Shown in pieces: positions 63,754-64,000 of a stretch of DNA of 64,000 bases; the first letter of the stretch is position 1, and each line of letters begins with the position of its first letter. This DNA comes from Podospora anserina (taxonomy: Eukaryota). The notes under the pieces were generated by a model, which was not told the origin of the DNA, made no database searches, and worked only from the letters and a program-made list of their open reading frames with translations. Made by a program: the position numbers and the translations under genes. Where the stretch lies: NCBI GenBank assembly GCA_017654855.1, contig CM030333.1:3596001-3660000 (forward strand). The letters run 5' to 3'.

Positions 63754-64000
63754 TTACGAACTAAAAGACGAGACGTAATACTACCGCCTGTTAGCAACCC
63801 CCCGGTCTCAAGATCTTCATGGAGGAAAAACTCACAGTAACAACATCCTCCATCCCCCCCACCCCACCCCCCACCCCACCGCTAGAATGCGGCACGTAGA
63901 CATACAGTATCAAAGCGTGCTCGTCGCTAAAACAAGCGATAACCCTCCCCTCCAGCCGTCCCACACTCAACACCCTGCTCCAGTCCTTCCCGTCGACCCT
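63754..64000 (-). CDS. 3' end of an unidentified gene extending beyond the window
   Basis: Open frame 64000-63836 with G-rich codon usage typical of gene ends here; intron 63835-63781 (GTGAGT..GCTAAC..TAG); short last exon YYVSSFSS*. An alternative acceptor 7 nt upstream is possible. Confidence 0.5.

Noticed and set aside
1-64000. CRISPR arrays, autonomous transposons, RIP-degraded AT-rich blocks, in-frame stops needing A-to-I editing
   Set aside because: None seen; every complete gene model closes in frame using ordinary introns.

Overview
Eukaryotic, intron-containing DNA from a filamentous ascomycete (Sordariales; Podospora-like by gene style, inferred and not proven). The window holds about 19 protein-coding genes. 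Exon junctions were resolved by hand from GT/GC..CTRAC..AG signals, and all complete models give an intact reading frame. In order: a partial HAD hydrolase, RIT1, a Zn2Cys6 transcription factor, the STRIPAK subunit ham-2/pro22/FAR11, NXT1, mitochondrial bL34, the NDT80-family regulator vib-1 with a ~12.9 kb gene-free upstream region, an ITT1/RNF14-like RBR ligase, CAX4, a MARVEL protein, a LAT-family permease with a GC-AG intron, a dispersed 5S rRNA gene, four consecutive mitochondrial genes (NAM2, MTQ1, AIM32-like, CYC2-like), NEO1, SEC16 and a partial gene end. The main unexplained signal is a pair of homologous, collinear non-coding elements in two convergent intergenic gaps (8931-9143 +, 46703-47182 -) that share motifs and stems. 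The longer copy carries a 265-nt extra segment between CAACC direct repeats, containing a tRNA-like Pol III A-box/B-box cassette. UNCG/GNRA-capped hairpins and a T5 tract follow on the same strand.
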